Shown piece after piece: positions 38,093 through 52,608 of a stretch of 64,000 nucleotides of DNA. Position 1 is the stretch's first letter. Every line of letters starts with the position of its first letter. Below the pieces are notes generated by a model that was given only the letters and a program-made list of their open reading frames with translations, was not told the DNA's origin and did not search any database. The stretch spans positions 201,750,001 through 201,814,000 of the forward strand of contig NC_086100.1 of the NCBI RefSeq assembly GCF_963921235.1. The letters are read 5' to 3'. The position numbers and the translations under genes are program-made. This DNA is from Mobula hypostoma (taxonomy: Eukaryota).

Positions 38093-38573
38093 CAAGAGAA
38101 GAGAGCATGTCTCACCCTTCCCTGCTGACCCCTCGATGAGGACTGGAGTGTGTTCCCTCAGCTCCTCCATTCCTGACGTCCACAATCACTTCCTTGGTCT
38201 CACTAACACTGAGTACAGAGTTGTTGCAGTGACACCACTCACCCGCCTGAACCATCCTGCTCCTGTACGACTGCTTGCCACCATCTAAAATCCTGCCAAC
38301 ACTCGATGGTGCTTGAGCTCTGCCTAGCCACACAGTCATGGGTGTGGAGAGAGAAGAGCAGAAAGGAGCTACAGCGTTGGCGATCAGCGAGGAGGAGCTG
38401 TTATGGGTCTGCGGTGTATCCGATGGATTGTTACAGGAGGTTGTAGGCTGGGCAGCGGGGACGTGGGTTGGGGGTGGGTGCAGAGGTTGAAGTTCTGGAA
38501 AGGCCATGCTTGATGGCCACAGCCACATTGACCCAGGCTCAGTGACCTCACCTATTCTCTATACATTGTGCAG

Positions 38574-38648
38574 GGACGCAGAGGTCGAAGGTGGAGGCGC
38601 CAGAACACATTCCAGGGGACGTGTCAGATGGATCCGCACGGCAGGAAG
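38574..38648 (+). CDS. CPXM1: CPXM1-like gene, probable exon 2 (75 nt; GTQRSKVEAPEHIPGDVSDGSARQE)
   Basis: ctcacctattctctatacattgtgcag acceptor, AAG|GTCAGT donor, symmetric phase 1-1, no stop; no homology support. Confidence 0.6.
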
Positions 38649-39302
38649 GTCAGTCAGGGAGGACGTCTGCTCCCCTCCCCACCCCACCCCCGGGTCTCTG
38701 TGGGTTTGCCATCTTCTCCTGGGTCACTGCCTCCAGTCCCTGGGTCTCCATGGGGGTGCTGTATTGTCCCCGGGTGTCTACGAGATCCCATTCTCCCCTT
38801 GGGACAACTTCTCCTTCCCCCCCAGGGTCACTGTGGGGTCACTCTCCTCCAAGGTCACTGTGGGGCCACTCTCCTTGGAGGAGAGTGACCTTAGTGATGT
38901 CAGGGTCACCATGGGGTCACCTTCTCCCTCTAAGGTCACCACATCGTCCCTGTCCTCCCCCAGCGGTCACCGTCTAATCTCAGAGTCACAGGGCTGGTCC
39001 TGTCGGGTTCTGTACAGCACAGGATGATTCCCTCCACCCCCTCAGCTTGTCCTGCCCATCACACCACATGACCCCCAGTTGGCACCTTCCAGTTGTTTCC
39101 ATTCCCTCCATGAGCTCGATCCTGACCCCAAGGCACTCAGATTCCCTCCACCCCCTTCAGCTCAACCCTCTGCACCCCAACCCCCACATTAGAATATCCC
39201 ACCCATTCTTCTCGTGGAAAAGATCCCGGAATTCGGGGCCGGTTATCCTGCCAGAGTGAGCAATCCCAGACCACCGGACCACCAGGGCGATGGAGGGGTT
39301 AA

Positions 39303-41075
<1,773 letters not shown>

Positions 41076-41715
41076 GGTTGTGTGGGTGAAGCAGCTGAAT
41101 TGGTTGAGCAGAGAAACACAAGGGACACCAGGAACAGAAACTGGCATTCAGAAGAATGAGGGGTGACGTCGTTGAAACCTGTCGAATGGTTAAGGCCTCA
41201 ATACAGTGGATGTAAAGAGGATGGTTTCTGTGGTTGGAGAGCCCAAGACCAGAGGACACAGCCTCAGACCCAAGGGGCATCCTTTTAGAATGGAGATGAG
41301 GAGTTTCTTCAGCCAGAGAGTGGTGAATCTGTGGAATTCGTTGGAACCACTGTCGGGTGTGGAGGCCAAGTCTTTATGTGTATCTAACGCAGAGGTTGAT
41401 AGATTCTTGATTGGTAATAGTATGAAGGGACAGGGGAAGGCAGGAGATTGGGGCTGAGAGGGAAATTAGATCAGCCATGATGAGTTGGTGGAGCAAGTTC
41501 GATGGGCCAAATGGCCTAATTTTGTTCCTGTATCTTAATGTCTTATGGGGTGGGTGGAGAGAAGTTAGTGTCATTTCAGGCCTAAACCTTGCACCAGTTC
41601 TTTGCAGCCTCTTGTGTCATCCCGGATAGCGAAGTATTCACCCTGGTGGCAGAGGGGTCGGGTGGAGGGTGCACGGCAGTGGTTCATGGTGAGGAGTGAG
41701 ATGGTTAGCAGTGAC

Positions 41716-44700
41716 CTCCTGTTTGAGTACTGTTGGAGGGGACAGCTTACCCGGGGGAAGCAACAGTGGCCCTGCCTCCGGCACAGAGTCTGGCCCTGTA
41801 GCTCAGAAGGGTAGGGCAAGAAAGAGGAGGGCAGTTGTGATAGGGGACTCGATAGTAAGGGGGTCAGATAGGTGATTCTGTGGACGCAGTCCAGACACCC
41901 GGATGGTAGTTTGCCTCCCTGGTGCCAGGGTCCGGGATATTTCTGATCGTGTCCAAGATATCCTGAAGTGGGAGGGTGAGGAGCCAGAGGTCGTGGTACA
42001 TATAGGTACCAATGACATAGGTAGGAAAAGGGATGAGGTCCTGAAAGGAGAATATAGGGAGCTAGGAAGGGAGTTGAGAAAAAGGACCGCAAAGGTAGTA
42101 ATCTCGGGATTACTGCCTGTGCCACGCGACAGTGAGAGTAGGAATGCGATGAGGTGGAGGATAAATGCGTGGCTGAGGGATTGGAGCAGGGGGCAGGGAT
42201 TCAAGTTTTTGGATCATTGGGACCTCTTTTGGTGCAGGCGTGACCTGTACAAAAAGGACGGGTTACACTTGAATCCTAGGGGGACCAATATCCTGGCAGG
42301 GAGATTAGCGGGGGCTACTGAGGTGACTTTAAACTAGAATGGTTGGGGGGTGGGAATCAAATTAAAGAGGCTAGGCGTGAGGAGGTTAGTTCACAACAGA
42401 GGGATGGGAACCAGTGCAGAGAGACAGAGGTGTGTAAAGTGAGCGTAGAAGCAAAAAGTACAAAGGAGAAAAGTAAAAGTGGCAGGCCGACAAATCCAGG
42501 GCAAGCATTAAAAAGGGCCACTTTTCAACATAATTGTATAAGGGCTAAGAGAGTTGTAAAAGAGCGCCTGAAGGCTTTATGTGTCAGTGCAAGGAGCATT
42601 CGTAATAAGGTGGATGAATTGAAAGTGCAGATTGTTATTAATGATTATGATATAGTTGGGATCACAGAGACATGGCTCCAGGGTGACCAGGGATGGGAGC
42701 TCAACGTTCAGGGATATTCAATATTCAGGAGGGATAGACATGAAGGAAGGGGAGGTGGGGTGGCGTTGCTGGTTAAAAAAGAGATTAACGCAATAGAAAG
42801 GAAGGACATAAGCCGGGAAGATGTGGAATCGATATGGGTAGAGCTGCGTAACACTAAGGGGCAGAAGACGCTGGTGGGAGTTGTGTACAGGCCACCTAAC
42901 AGTAGTAGTGAGGTCGGAGATGGTATTAAACAGGAAATTAGAAATGTGTGCAATAAAGGAACAGCAGTTATAATGGGTGACTTCAATCTACATGTAGACT
43001 GGGTGAACCAAATTGGTAAAGGTGCTGAGGAAGAGGATTTCTTGGAACGTATGCGGGATGGTTTTTTTGAACCAACATGTCGAGGAACCGACTAGAGAGC
43101 AGGCTATTCTGGACTGGGTTTTGAGCAATGAGGAAGGGTTAATTAGCGATCTTGTCGTGAGAGGCCCCTTGGGTAAGAGTGACCATAATATGGTGGAATT
43201 CTTCATTAAGATGGAGAGTGACATAGTTAATTCAGAAACAAAGGTTCTGAACTTAAAGAGGGGTAACTTTGAAGGTATGAGACGTGAATTAGCTAAGATA
43301 GACTGGCAAATGACACTTAAAGGATTGACGGTGGATATGCAATGGCAAGCATTTAAAGGTTGCATGGATGAACTACAACAATTGTTCATCCCAGTTTGGC
43401 AAAAGAATAAATCAAGGAAGGTAGTGCACCCGTGGCTGACAAGAGAAATTAGGGATAGTATCAATTCCAAAGAAGTAGCATACAAATTAGCCAGAGAAAG
43501 TGGCTCACCTGAGGACTGGGAGAAATTCAGAGTTCAGCAGAGGAGGACAAAGGGCTTAATTAGGAAGGGGGAAAAAGATTATGAGAGAAAACTGGCAGGG
43601 AACATAAAAACGGACTGTAAAAGCTTTTATAGATATGTAAAAAGGAAAAGACTGATAAAGACAAATGTAGGTCCCCTGCAGACAGAAACAGGTGAATTGA
43701 TTATGGGGAGCAAGGACATGGCAGACCAATTGAATAATTACTTTGGTTCTGTCTTCACTAAGGAGAACATAAATAATCTTCCAGAAATAGTAAGGGACAG
43801 AGGGTCCAGTGAGATGGAGGAACTGAGTGAAATACATGTTAGTAGGGAAGTGGTGTTAGGTAAATTGAAGGGATTGAAGGCAGATAAATCCCCAGGGCCA
43901 GATGGTCTGCATCCCAGAATGCTTAAGGAAGTAGCCCAAGAAATAGTGGATGCATTAGTGATAATTTTTCAAAACTCGTTAGATTCTGGACTAGTTCCTG
44001 AGGATTGGAGGGTGGCTAATGTAACCCCACTTTTTAAAAAAGGAGGGAGAGAGAAACCGGGGAATTATAGGCCGGTTAGCCTAACATCAGTGGTGGGGAA
44101 ACTGCTGGAGTCAGTTATCAAGGATGTGATAACAGCACATTTGGAAAGCGGTGAAATGATCGGACAAAGTCAGCATGGATTTGTGAAAGGAAAATCATGT
44201 CTGACGAATCTCATAGAATTTTTTGAGGATGTAACTAGTAGAGTGGATAGGGGAGAACCAGTGGATGTGGTATATTTGGATTTTCAAAAGGCTTTTGACA
44301 AGGTCCCACACAGGAGATTAGTGTGCAAACTTAAAGCACACGGTATTGGGGTAAGGTATTGGTGTGGGTGGAGAATTGGTTAGCAGACAGGAAGCAAAGA
44401 GTGGGAATAAACGGGACCTTTTCAGAATGGCAGGCGGTGACTAGTGGGGTACCGCAAGGCTCAGTGCTGGGACCCCAGTTGTTTACAATATATATTAATG
44501 ACTTGGATGAGGGAATTAAATGCAGCATCTCCAAGTTTGCGGATGACACGAAGCTGGGTGGCAGTGTTAGCAGTGAGGAGGATGCTAAGAGGATGCAGGG
44601 TGACTCGGATAGGTTGGATGAGTGGGCAAACTCATGGCAGATGCAATTTAATGTGGATAAATGTGAAGTTATCCACTTTGGTGGCAAAAATAGGAAAACA

Positions 44701-45462
44701 GATTATTATCTGAATGGTGGCCGATTAGGAAAAGGGGAGGTGCAACGAGACCTGGGTGTCATTATACACCAGTCATTGAAAGTGGGCATGCAGGTACAGC
44801 AGGCGGTGAAAAAGGCGAACGGTATGCTGGCATTTATAGCGAGAGGATTCGAGTACAGGAGCAGGGAGGTACTACTGCAGTTGTACAAGGCCTTGGTGAG
44901 ACCACACCTGGAGTATTGTGTGCAGTTTTGGTCCCCTAATCTGAGGAAAGACATCTTTGCCATAGAGGGAGTACAAAGAAGGTTCACCAGATTGATTCCT
45001 GGGATGGCAGGTCTTTCATATGAAGAAAGACTGGATGAACTGGGCTTGTACTCGTTGGAATTTAGAAGATTGAGGGGGGATCTGATTGAAACGTATAAGA
45101 TCCTAAAGGGATTGGACAGGCTAGATGCGGGAAGATTGTTCCCGATGTTGGGGAGGTCCAGAACGAGGGGTCACAGTTTGAGGATAGAGGGGAAGCCTTT
45201 TAGGACCGGGATTAGGAAAAACTTCTTCACACAGAGAGTGGTGAATCTGTGGAATTCTCTGCCACAGCAAACTGTTGAGGCCAGTTCATTGGCTACGTTT
45301 AAGAGGGAGTTAGATATGGCCCTTGTGGCTACAGGGGTCAGGGGGTATGGAGGGAAGGCTGGGTTCTGAGTTGGATGATCAGCCATGATCATAATAAATG
45401 GCGGTGCAGGCTCGAAGGGCCGAATGGCCTACTCCTGCACCTATTTTCTATGTTTCTATGTT
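41716..45462 (+). mobile_element. Near-full-length CR1: ORF1 esterase, ORF2 AP endonuclease and RT, 3' tail; few lesions
   Basis: GDSIVRG, HIGTND, DGLHLN in ORF1; [51 protein letters not shown] in ORF2; frameshifts near 43065 and 44350. Confidence 0.97.
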
Positions 45463-45680
45463 TCTGTGTTTATGTCTGGAGTCCTGAAGGGGTCGGGGGG
45501 GGCAGTGACCCACTCCACTGGGAACGAGACAGGAATTATCAGAGCAGGTTGAAGAAGGACGATGTTACTGTAGGTGTACATCATGCACAAGGGATGTCAG
45601 CAGGGTTCTGTGAGAGAGGACACAAGGAAGAGTGGCCGCGGAAAATGTGACATCGCCTAGGATATCGTTTGGGACTCCAC

Positions 45681-45905
45681 AGTCGCGTAGCAGTTAGCAT
45701 GACAATGTGACAGGCTGGGGTGTCGGAGTTCAGAGTTCCATCCCTATGTCATCTTTAAGGAGTGCGTAAGCTCCTTCCTGTGTGCCCTGGTTTCTCCCTG
45801 CAGTCCAAAGATGTCCTGGTTAATAGGTTAATTAGTTATTGTAAATTGTTCTGTGATTCGGCTAGGGTTAAATCAAGGGTTGCTGGTCAGTAAAGCTTGT
45901 TGGAC
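45681..45905 (+). mobile_element. Degenerate tRNA-derived SINE (HE1/V-SINE-like)
   Basis: tRNA-like head followed by GGTTTCTCCCTGCAGTCCAAAGATGT..GGTTAATT..TGTAAATTG core. Confidence 0.5.
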
Positions 45906-46867
45906 AGAAGGACCCAAAAGATTGGGGCCACTAGAGAGGGTCATGGCAGAGCAAAAGTGGAAGGCTATGTGAGAGGGAAGAGCAAGACTGATCTTAGTCG
46001 TGGGCTGAAGGGACTGTCGTGTGTTCTAATATTCTATGCAGTAAAGGTTACTGCAGAGGGTGGAAGTGGTGATGTAAGGATGAGATAGAGCCCTACAATA
46101 CAGTTACAGGCCCTTTGGTGCAACTCCCCGTGTCCACCCAGATGCCCATCCAAGCTGGACCCATTTGCCCACTTTGACCCATAACCTTTCCTATCCATTT
46201 ACTGGTACAACTGTCTTTTAAATGTTACAAATAGAAACATAGAACCAGCCAATGGCAGCTCACTGCACAATCATTCTACCCCTTGCATGAGGAAAACATC
46301 CTATTAAAGATCTCCATCTCACCTTAAACTTGTGCCTTCTGGACCTTGATAGACCAACCCTGGGAAAAACACTGAGCAGATAAATGTTATTTGGACTGAG
46401 GGGGAGGAGGCCCCTGGGGCCTATGGGCAGGTTAGCGAGTGAGAAGGGTTCAGCGGGTGGGGTCTGATGGGTACATCTGGTCCAGCGTAGAGAGCTGGGT
46501 CTCTGCTCTGCATACCTAGTGCGGGCAGGGCAGGTGACAAGGTCCGTGACATGGGAGAGTTCCTGAAATTCCCGTCTCCGGGTACGTGGGCAGCTGGTCT
46601 TTCTGATCAACAGCAAGTTGGGCAAACAAATCAAAAGCAGATGTTATCATCACTGATATATGTTGTGAAGTTTGTTTTATGGCAGCAGAACATAGAAGTT
46701 AACATAAATTACAATAAGACAAATAGTAGATTCCAGTTCTCAAGACCCATTGGGACCAGTACATCTTGCCCAATTAAGCAACTGCCCCAATTAGCCAAAG
46801 TTCCAATGAAATAGTTAGAAAGATATTAAAAAAAACTCATTTTGAGTAACGTCTTTCTGTCTTTCTT

Positions 46868-48228
46868 TCCTTCTGTCTCTGTCTCTGGAGACAGCTTATC
46901 CACTGATGTCTACTATAAGCCTACTGACTCTCACAGCTATCTGGACTATTCCTCTTCTCACCCTGTCTCTTGCAAAAACGCCATCCCCTTCTCGCAATTC
47001 CTCCGTCTCCGCCGCATCTACTCTCAGGATGAGGCTTTTCATTCTAGGACGAAGGAGATGTCTTCCTTTTTTAAAGAAAGGGGCTTCCCTTCCTCCACTA
47101 TCAACTCTGCTCTTAAACGCATCTCTCCCATTTCACGTACACCTGCTCTCACTCCATCCTCCCACCACCCCACTAGGAATAGGGTTCCCCTGGTCCTCAC
47201 CTACCACCCCACCAGCCTCCGGGTCCAACATAATATTCTCCGTAATTTCTGCCACCTCCAACGGGATCCCACCACTAAGCACATCTTTCCCTCCCCCCTC
47301 TCTCTGCATTCCGCAGGGATCGCTCCCTACACAACTCCCTTGTCCATTCGTCCCCCCCATCCCTCCCCACTGATCTCCCTCCTGGCACTTATCCGTGTAA
47401 GCGGAACAAGTGCTACACATGCCCTTACACTTCCTCCCTTACCACCATTCAGGGCCCCAAACAGTCCTTCCAGGTGAGGCAACACTTCACCTGTGAGTCT
47501 ACTGGGGTGATATACTGCGTCCGGTGCTCCCGATGTGGCCTTTTATATATTGGCGAGACCCGACGCAGACTGGGAGACCGCTTTGCTGAACATCTACGCT
47601 CTGTCCGCCAGAGAAAGCAGGATCTCCCAGTGGCCACACATTTTAATTCCACATCCCATTCCCATTCTGACATGTCTATCCACGGCCTCCTCTACTGTAA
47701 AGATGAAGCCACACTCAGGTTGGAGAAACAACACCTTATATTCCGTCTGGGTAGCCTCCAACCTGATGGCATGAACATCGACTTCTCTAACTTCCGCTAA
47801 TGCCCCACCTCCCCTCGTACCCCATCTGTTACTCATTTTTATGCACACATTCTTTCTCTCACTCTCCTTTTTCTCCCTCTGTCCCTCTGAATATACCTCT
47901 TGCCCATCCTCTGGGTCCCCCCCCCCTTGTCTTTCTTCCTGGACCTCTTGTCCCATGATCCTCTTGTATCCCTTTTGCCAATCACCTGTCCAGCTCTTGG
48001 CTCTACCCCTCCCCCTCCTGTCTTCTCCTATCATTTTGGATCTCCCCCTCCTCCTCCCACTTTCAAATCCCTTACTCACTCTTCCTTCAGTTAGTCCTGA
48101 CGAAGGGTCTCGGCCTGAAATGTCGACTGTACCTCTTCCTAGAGATGCTGGCTGGCCTGCTGTGTTCACCAGCAACTTTGATGTGTGTTGCTTGAATTTC
48201 CAGCATCTGCAGAATTCCTGTTGTTTTT
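46868..48228 (+). mobile_element. Penelope-like element 3' half: RT thumb, GIY-YIG endonuclease, 3' UTR and tail
   Basis: TDVYYKPTDSHSYL, IPFSQFLRLRRI, FTCESTGVIYCVRCSRCGLLYIGETRRRLGDRFAEH, P.GMN; stop at 47800. Confidence 0.95.
48093..48128 (+). ncRNA. Minimal type I hammerhead ribozyme motif in the Penelope 3' UTR
   Basis: AGTC-CTGACGA-A-GGGT-CTCG-GCCT-GAAA-T-GTC-GACT: stem I AGTC/GACT, core CUGANGA and GAAA, stem II GGGU/GCCU, GUC cleavage triplet. Confidence 0.75.
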
Positions 48229-49156
48229 TGAGTATCGTGTTTATTTTAATTTGTATTTTAATGAAAAATTGGAACACTATCCATACAATGGTTTCAACAG
48301 TAAGCTGGGTGTTCGAGAGTGTCAGGGGCCATTAGTGGGTGAAGTTACCATCACTAGGGAGAAGGTGCTTGGGAAACTGAAAGGTCTGAAGTCACCTGCA
48401 CCATGTAGTGTACACTCTGGGGTTCTGAAAAAGGTGGTGAAGGGATCACAGAGACATCAGTAATCAGCTTTTAAGAGTTAATGGATTCTGGAATGATTCC
48501 AGAGGACTGGAAAATTGGAAATGTCACTACACTCTTCAGGAATGGAGAGAGGTAGATGAAAGGAAATTATAGACCAGTTAGTCTGACCTCAGTCCTTGGG
48601 AAGATGTTGGAATCAATTGTTAAGGATGAGGTTTCATAGGAAGAGAGAATTTAGAGAGCTGGGTAGGAAGCTGAAAAGCAGGACCTCCAGGGTAGTAATC
48701 TCAGGATTGCTGCCTGTGCTACGTACTAATGAGCATAAGAATAGCATAATCAGGAATATTAATGTGTGGCTGAGTGGTGTAGGGGGCAGGGCTTCAGATT
48801 CCTGGATCATTGGGGCCTCTTCTGGGGGAGGTACGACCTGTACCAAAAGGACGGGTTACTCCTGAACCCAAAGGGGTCCAATATCCTAGCGGGCAGGTTT
48901 AACAGAGCTGTGGGGGAGGGTTTAAACTAATTTGGCAGGGGATGGGAAGTGGAGTGATAGGGCTGAGAAAGGGGAAAACAGAAATAAATCAAAGATAGCG
49001 TGCAACAGAGATGATAGAAAGGACAGGCAGGAGATGAGTCATAATCACAGCCAGTGAGATGAGTTACAGGGAAATAGAGGCATGGTGCAGTTAAAACAGA
49101 AAGCAACAAATACTGGATGGAGAGTGTTGTACAGTGTATTTGAATGCATGCAGCAT

Positions 49157-49569
49157 TCGTTGGAATTTAGAAGATTGAGGGGGGATCTGATTGAAACGTA
49201 TAAAATCCTAAAGGGATTGGACAGGCTAGATGCAGGAAGATTGTTCGCGATGTTGGGGAAGTCCAGAACAAGGGGTCACAGTTTGAGGATAAAGGGGAAG
49301 CCTTTTAGGACTGAGATGAGGAAAAACTTCTTCACACAGAGAGTGGTGAATCTGTGGAATTCTCTGCCACAGGAAACAGTTGAGGCCAGTTCATTGGCTA
49401 TATTTAAGAGGGAGTTAGATATGGCCCTTGTGGCTAAAGGGATCAGGGGGTATGGCGGGAAGGCTGGTACATGGTTCTGAGTTGGATGATCAGCCATGAT
49501 CACACTGAATGGCAGTGCAGGCTCGAAGGGCCGAATGGCCTACTCCTGCACCTATTTTCTATGTTTCTA
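49157..49569 (+). mobile_element. Nested CR1 3' end, close relative of 45050-45460
   Basis: Near-identical LEFRRLRGDLIETYKILKG segment and 3' UTR. Confidence 0.9.
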
Positions 49570-50816
49570 TAAGAAGTAAAATGGACGATCTTGAAATTCA
49601 GCTACAGATTGGCAAGTATGACGTTGTGGCCGTCTCTGAAACTCGGCTAAAGGATGGCTGCCATTGGGAGCTGAATGTCCAAGGATATACGGTGTATTGG
49701 AAAGATAGGTTAGTAGGCAGAGGGGGTGGTGTGGCCCTGTGTATGAGAAATAATATTAAATCATTAGAAAGGGATGACATAGGATTGGAAGGTGTAGAGT
49801 CTCTATGGGATGAGTAAATAAATGGTAAGGGTAAAAGGACCCTAATGACAGTTGTATACAGGCCTCCAAACAGCAGCCGGGATGTGGATTACAAATTTCA
49901 GCAGGAGATAGAAAAGGCGTGTCAGAAAGGCAATGTCATGATAATCGTTGGGGATTTTAACATGAAAGTGGATTGGGAAAACCAGGTCTGTACTGGACCT
50001 TGATACAGAATTTTGTAGAATGTCTAAGGGGCGGCTTTTTAGAACATCTTGCTGTTGAGCCCACTAGGGAATCAGCTGTGCTGGATTCGGTGTTGTGCAA
50101 TGATCAGGAGGTGATAAGAGAGCTTAAGGTTAAGGAACCCTTAGGGAACAGTGATCACAATATGATCGAGTTCACTTTGAAAATTGAGAGGGATAAAGTA
50201 AAGTCCAATGTGTTGGTATTTCAGTGGAATAAAGGAAATTACAATGGCATGAGAGGGGAACTGGCTAAGGTTGACTGGAAAGGGGCACTAGCAGGAAGGA
50301 CAGCAGAGCAGCAATGGCTGGAGTTCCTGTGAAAAATGAGGGAAGTGCAAGACAGATATATTCCAATTAAGATGAAGGACACCACCATGGCTGACAAGTG
50401 AAGTCAGCCAAAGTAAAAGCAAAAGAGAGGGCATATAAGGAAACCAAAGCTAGTGGGAAGATAAAGGATTGGGAAGCTTTTAAAAACTTGCAGAAGGAAA
50501 CTAAGAAGGTCATTAGGAAGGAAAAGATGAATTAAGAAAGGAAGCTGGCGACTATCAAAGAAGATACTGAAAGCTTTTTTAATTACATAAAGGGTTGAGG
50601 GTAGATATAGGGCGAACAGAAAATGATGCTGGAGATATTGTAACGAGAGACGCAGAAATGGCAGAGGAACGGAATGCGTATTTTGCATCAGTCTTCACAG
50701 TGGAAGACATCTGCAGTATACCGGACATTCAAGAGTGTCAGGGAAGTGAAGTTTGTGCAGTGAAAATTATGACTAAAAAGGTGCTCAGGAAGCTTAATGG
50801 TCTGAGGGTGGATAAA

Positions 50817-52608
50817 CGTAGAAACATAGCAAACCTACAGCACAATACAGGCACTTCGGCCCACAAGGCTGTGCCAAGCATGTCCTTACCTTAGAAATTA
50901 CCTAGGGTTACCCATAGCCCTCTATTATTTTTTAGCTTCAAGTACCTATACAAGAGTCTCTGAAAAGCCCCTATTGTATCTGCCTCCACCACGGTTGCCA
51001 GTCGCTCATTCCACACACTCACCACTCTCTGCGTAAAAAAAAAACTTACCCCTGACATCTCCATTGTACCTACCTCCAAGCACCTTAAAACTGTGCCCTC
51101 TTGTGTTAGCTATTTCAGCCCTGGGAAAAAGCCTCTGACTATCCACATGATCAATGCCTCTCATCATCTTATACGCCTCTATCAGGTCACCTCTCATTCT
51201 CCGTCACTCCAAGGAGAAAAGACCAAGTTCACTCAACCTATTTTCATAAGGCATGCTCCCCAATCCAGGCAACATCCTTGTAAATCTCCTCTGCACCCTT
51301 TCCATGGTTTCCACATCCTTCCTGTAGTGAGGCGACCAGAACTGAACACAGTACTCCAAGTGGGGTCTGACCAGGGTCCTATATAGCTGCAACATTACCT
51401 CTCGGCTCTTAAACTCAATCCCACGATTGATGAAGGCCAATGCACCGTATACCTTCTTAACCACAGAGTCAACCTGCACAGCAGCTTTGAGTGTCCTATG
51501 GACTCGGACCCTAAGATCCTTCTGATCCTCCACACTGCCAAGAGTCTTAACATTACTGCTATATTCTGTCATCATATTTGACCTACCAAAATGAACCACC
51601 TCACACTTATCTGGGTTGAACTCCATCTGCCACTTCTCAGCCCAGTTTCTGATCCTATCAATGTCCTGCTGTAACCTCTGTCAGCACTCCACACTATCCA
51701 CAACACCTCCAACCTTTGTGTCATCAGCAAATTTACTAACCCATCCCTCCACTTCCTCATCCAGGTCATTTATAAAAATCACGAAGAGTAAGGGTCCCAG
51801 AACAGATCCCTGATGCACACCACTGGTCACCGACATCCATACAGAATATGACCCATCAACAACCACTCTTTGCCTTCTGTGGGCAAGCCAGTTCTGGATC
51901 CACAAAGCAATGTCCCCTTGGATCCCATGCCTCTTTAATTTCTCAGTAAGCCTTGCATGGGGTACTTTATCAAATGCCTTGCTGAAATCCATATATGCTA
52001 CATCTACTGCTCTTCCTTCATCAATGTGTTTAGTCACATCCTTAAAAAAATTCAATATGGCTTGTAAGGCACAACCTGCCTTTCACAAAGCCATGCTGAC
52101 TATTCCTAATCATATGCCTCTCCAAATGTTCATAAATCCTGCCTCTCAGGATCTTCTCCATCAACTTACCAATGACTGAAGTAAAACTCACTGGTCTATA
52201 ATTTCCTGGGCTATCTCTACTGCCTTTCTTGAATAAGGGAATGACATCTGCAACCTTCCGATCCTCCGGAACCTCTCCCATCCCCATTGATGGTGCAAAG
52301 ATCATCGCCAGAGGCTCAGAAATCTCCTCCCTCGCCTCCCACAGTAGCCTGGGGTACATCCTGTCTGGTCCCGGTGACTTATCGAACTTGATGCTCTCCA
52401 AAAGTTCCAGCACATCCTCTTTCTTAATGTCTACATGCTCAAGCTTTTCAGTCCACCGTAAGTCATCCCTACAATCGCCAAGATCCTTTCCTGTAGTGAA
52501 TACTGAAGCAAAGTATTCATTAAGTATCTCTGCTATCTCCTCCAGTTCCATACACATTTTTGCACTGTCACACTTGATTGGTCCTATTCTCTCACGCCTT
52601 ATCCTCTC
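50817..52608 (-). mobile_element. Nested antisense CR1 (RT), subfamily of 1-1135
   Basis: RT motifs on minus; probable target duplication TGG(A/G)TAAA at 50809-50816 and 52610-52617. Confidence 0.92.
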
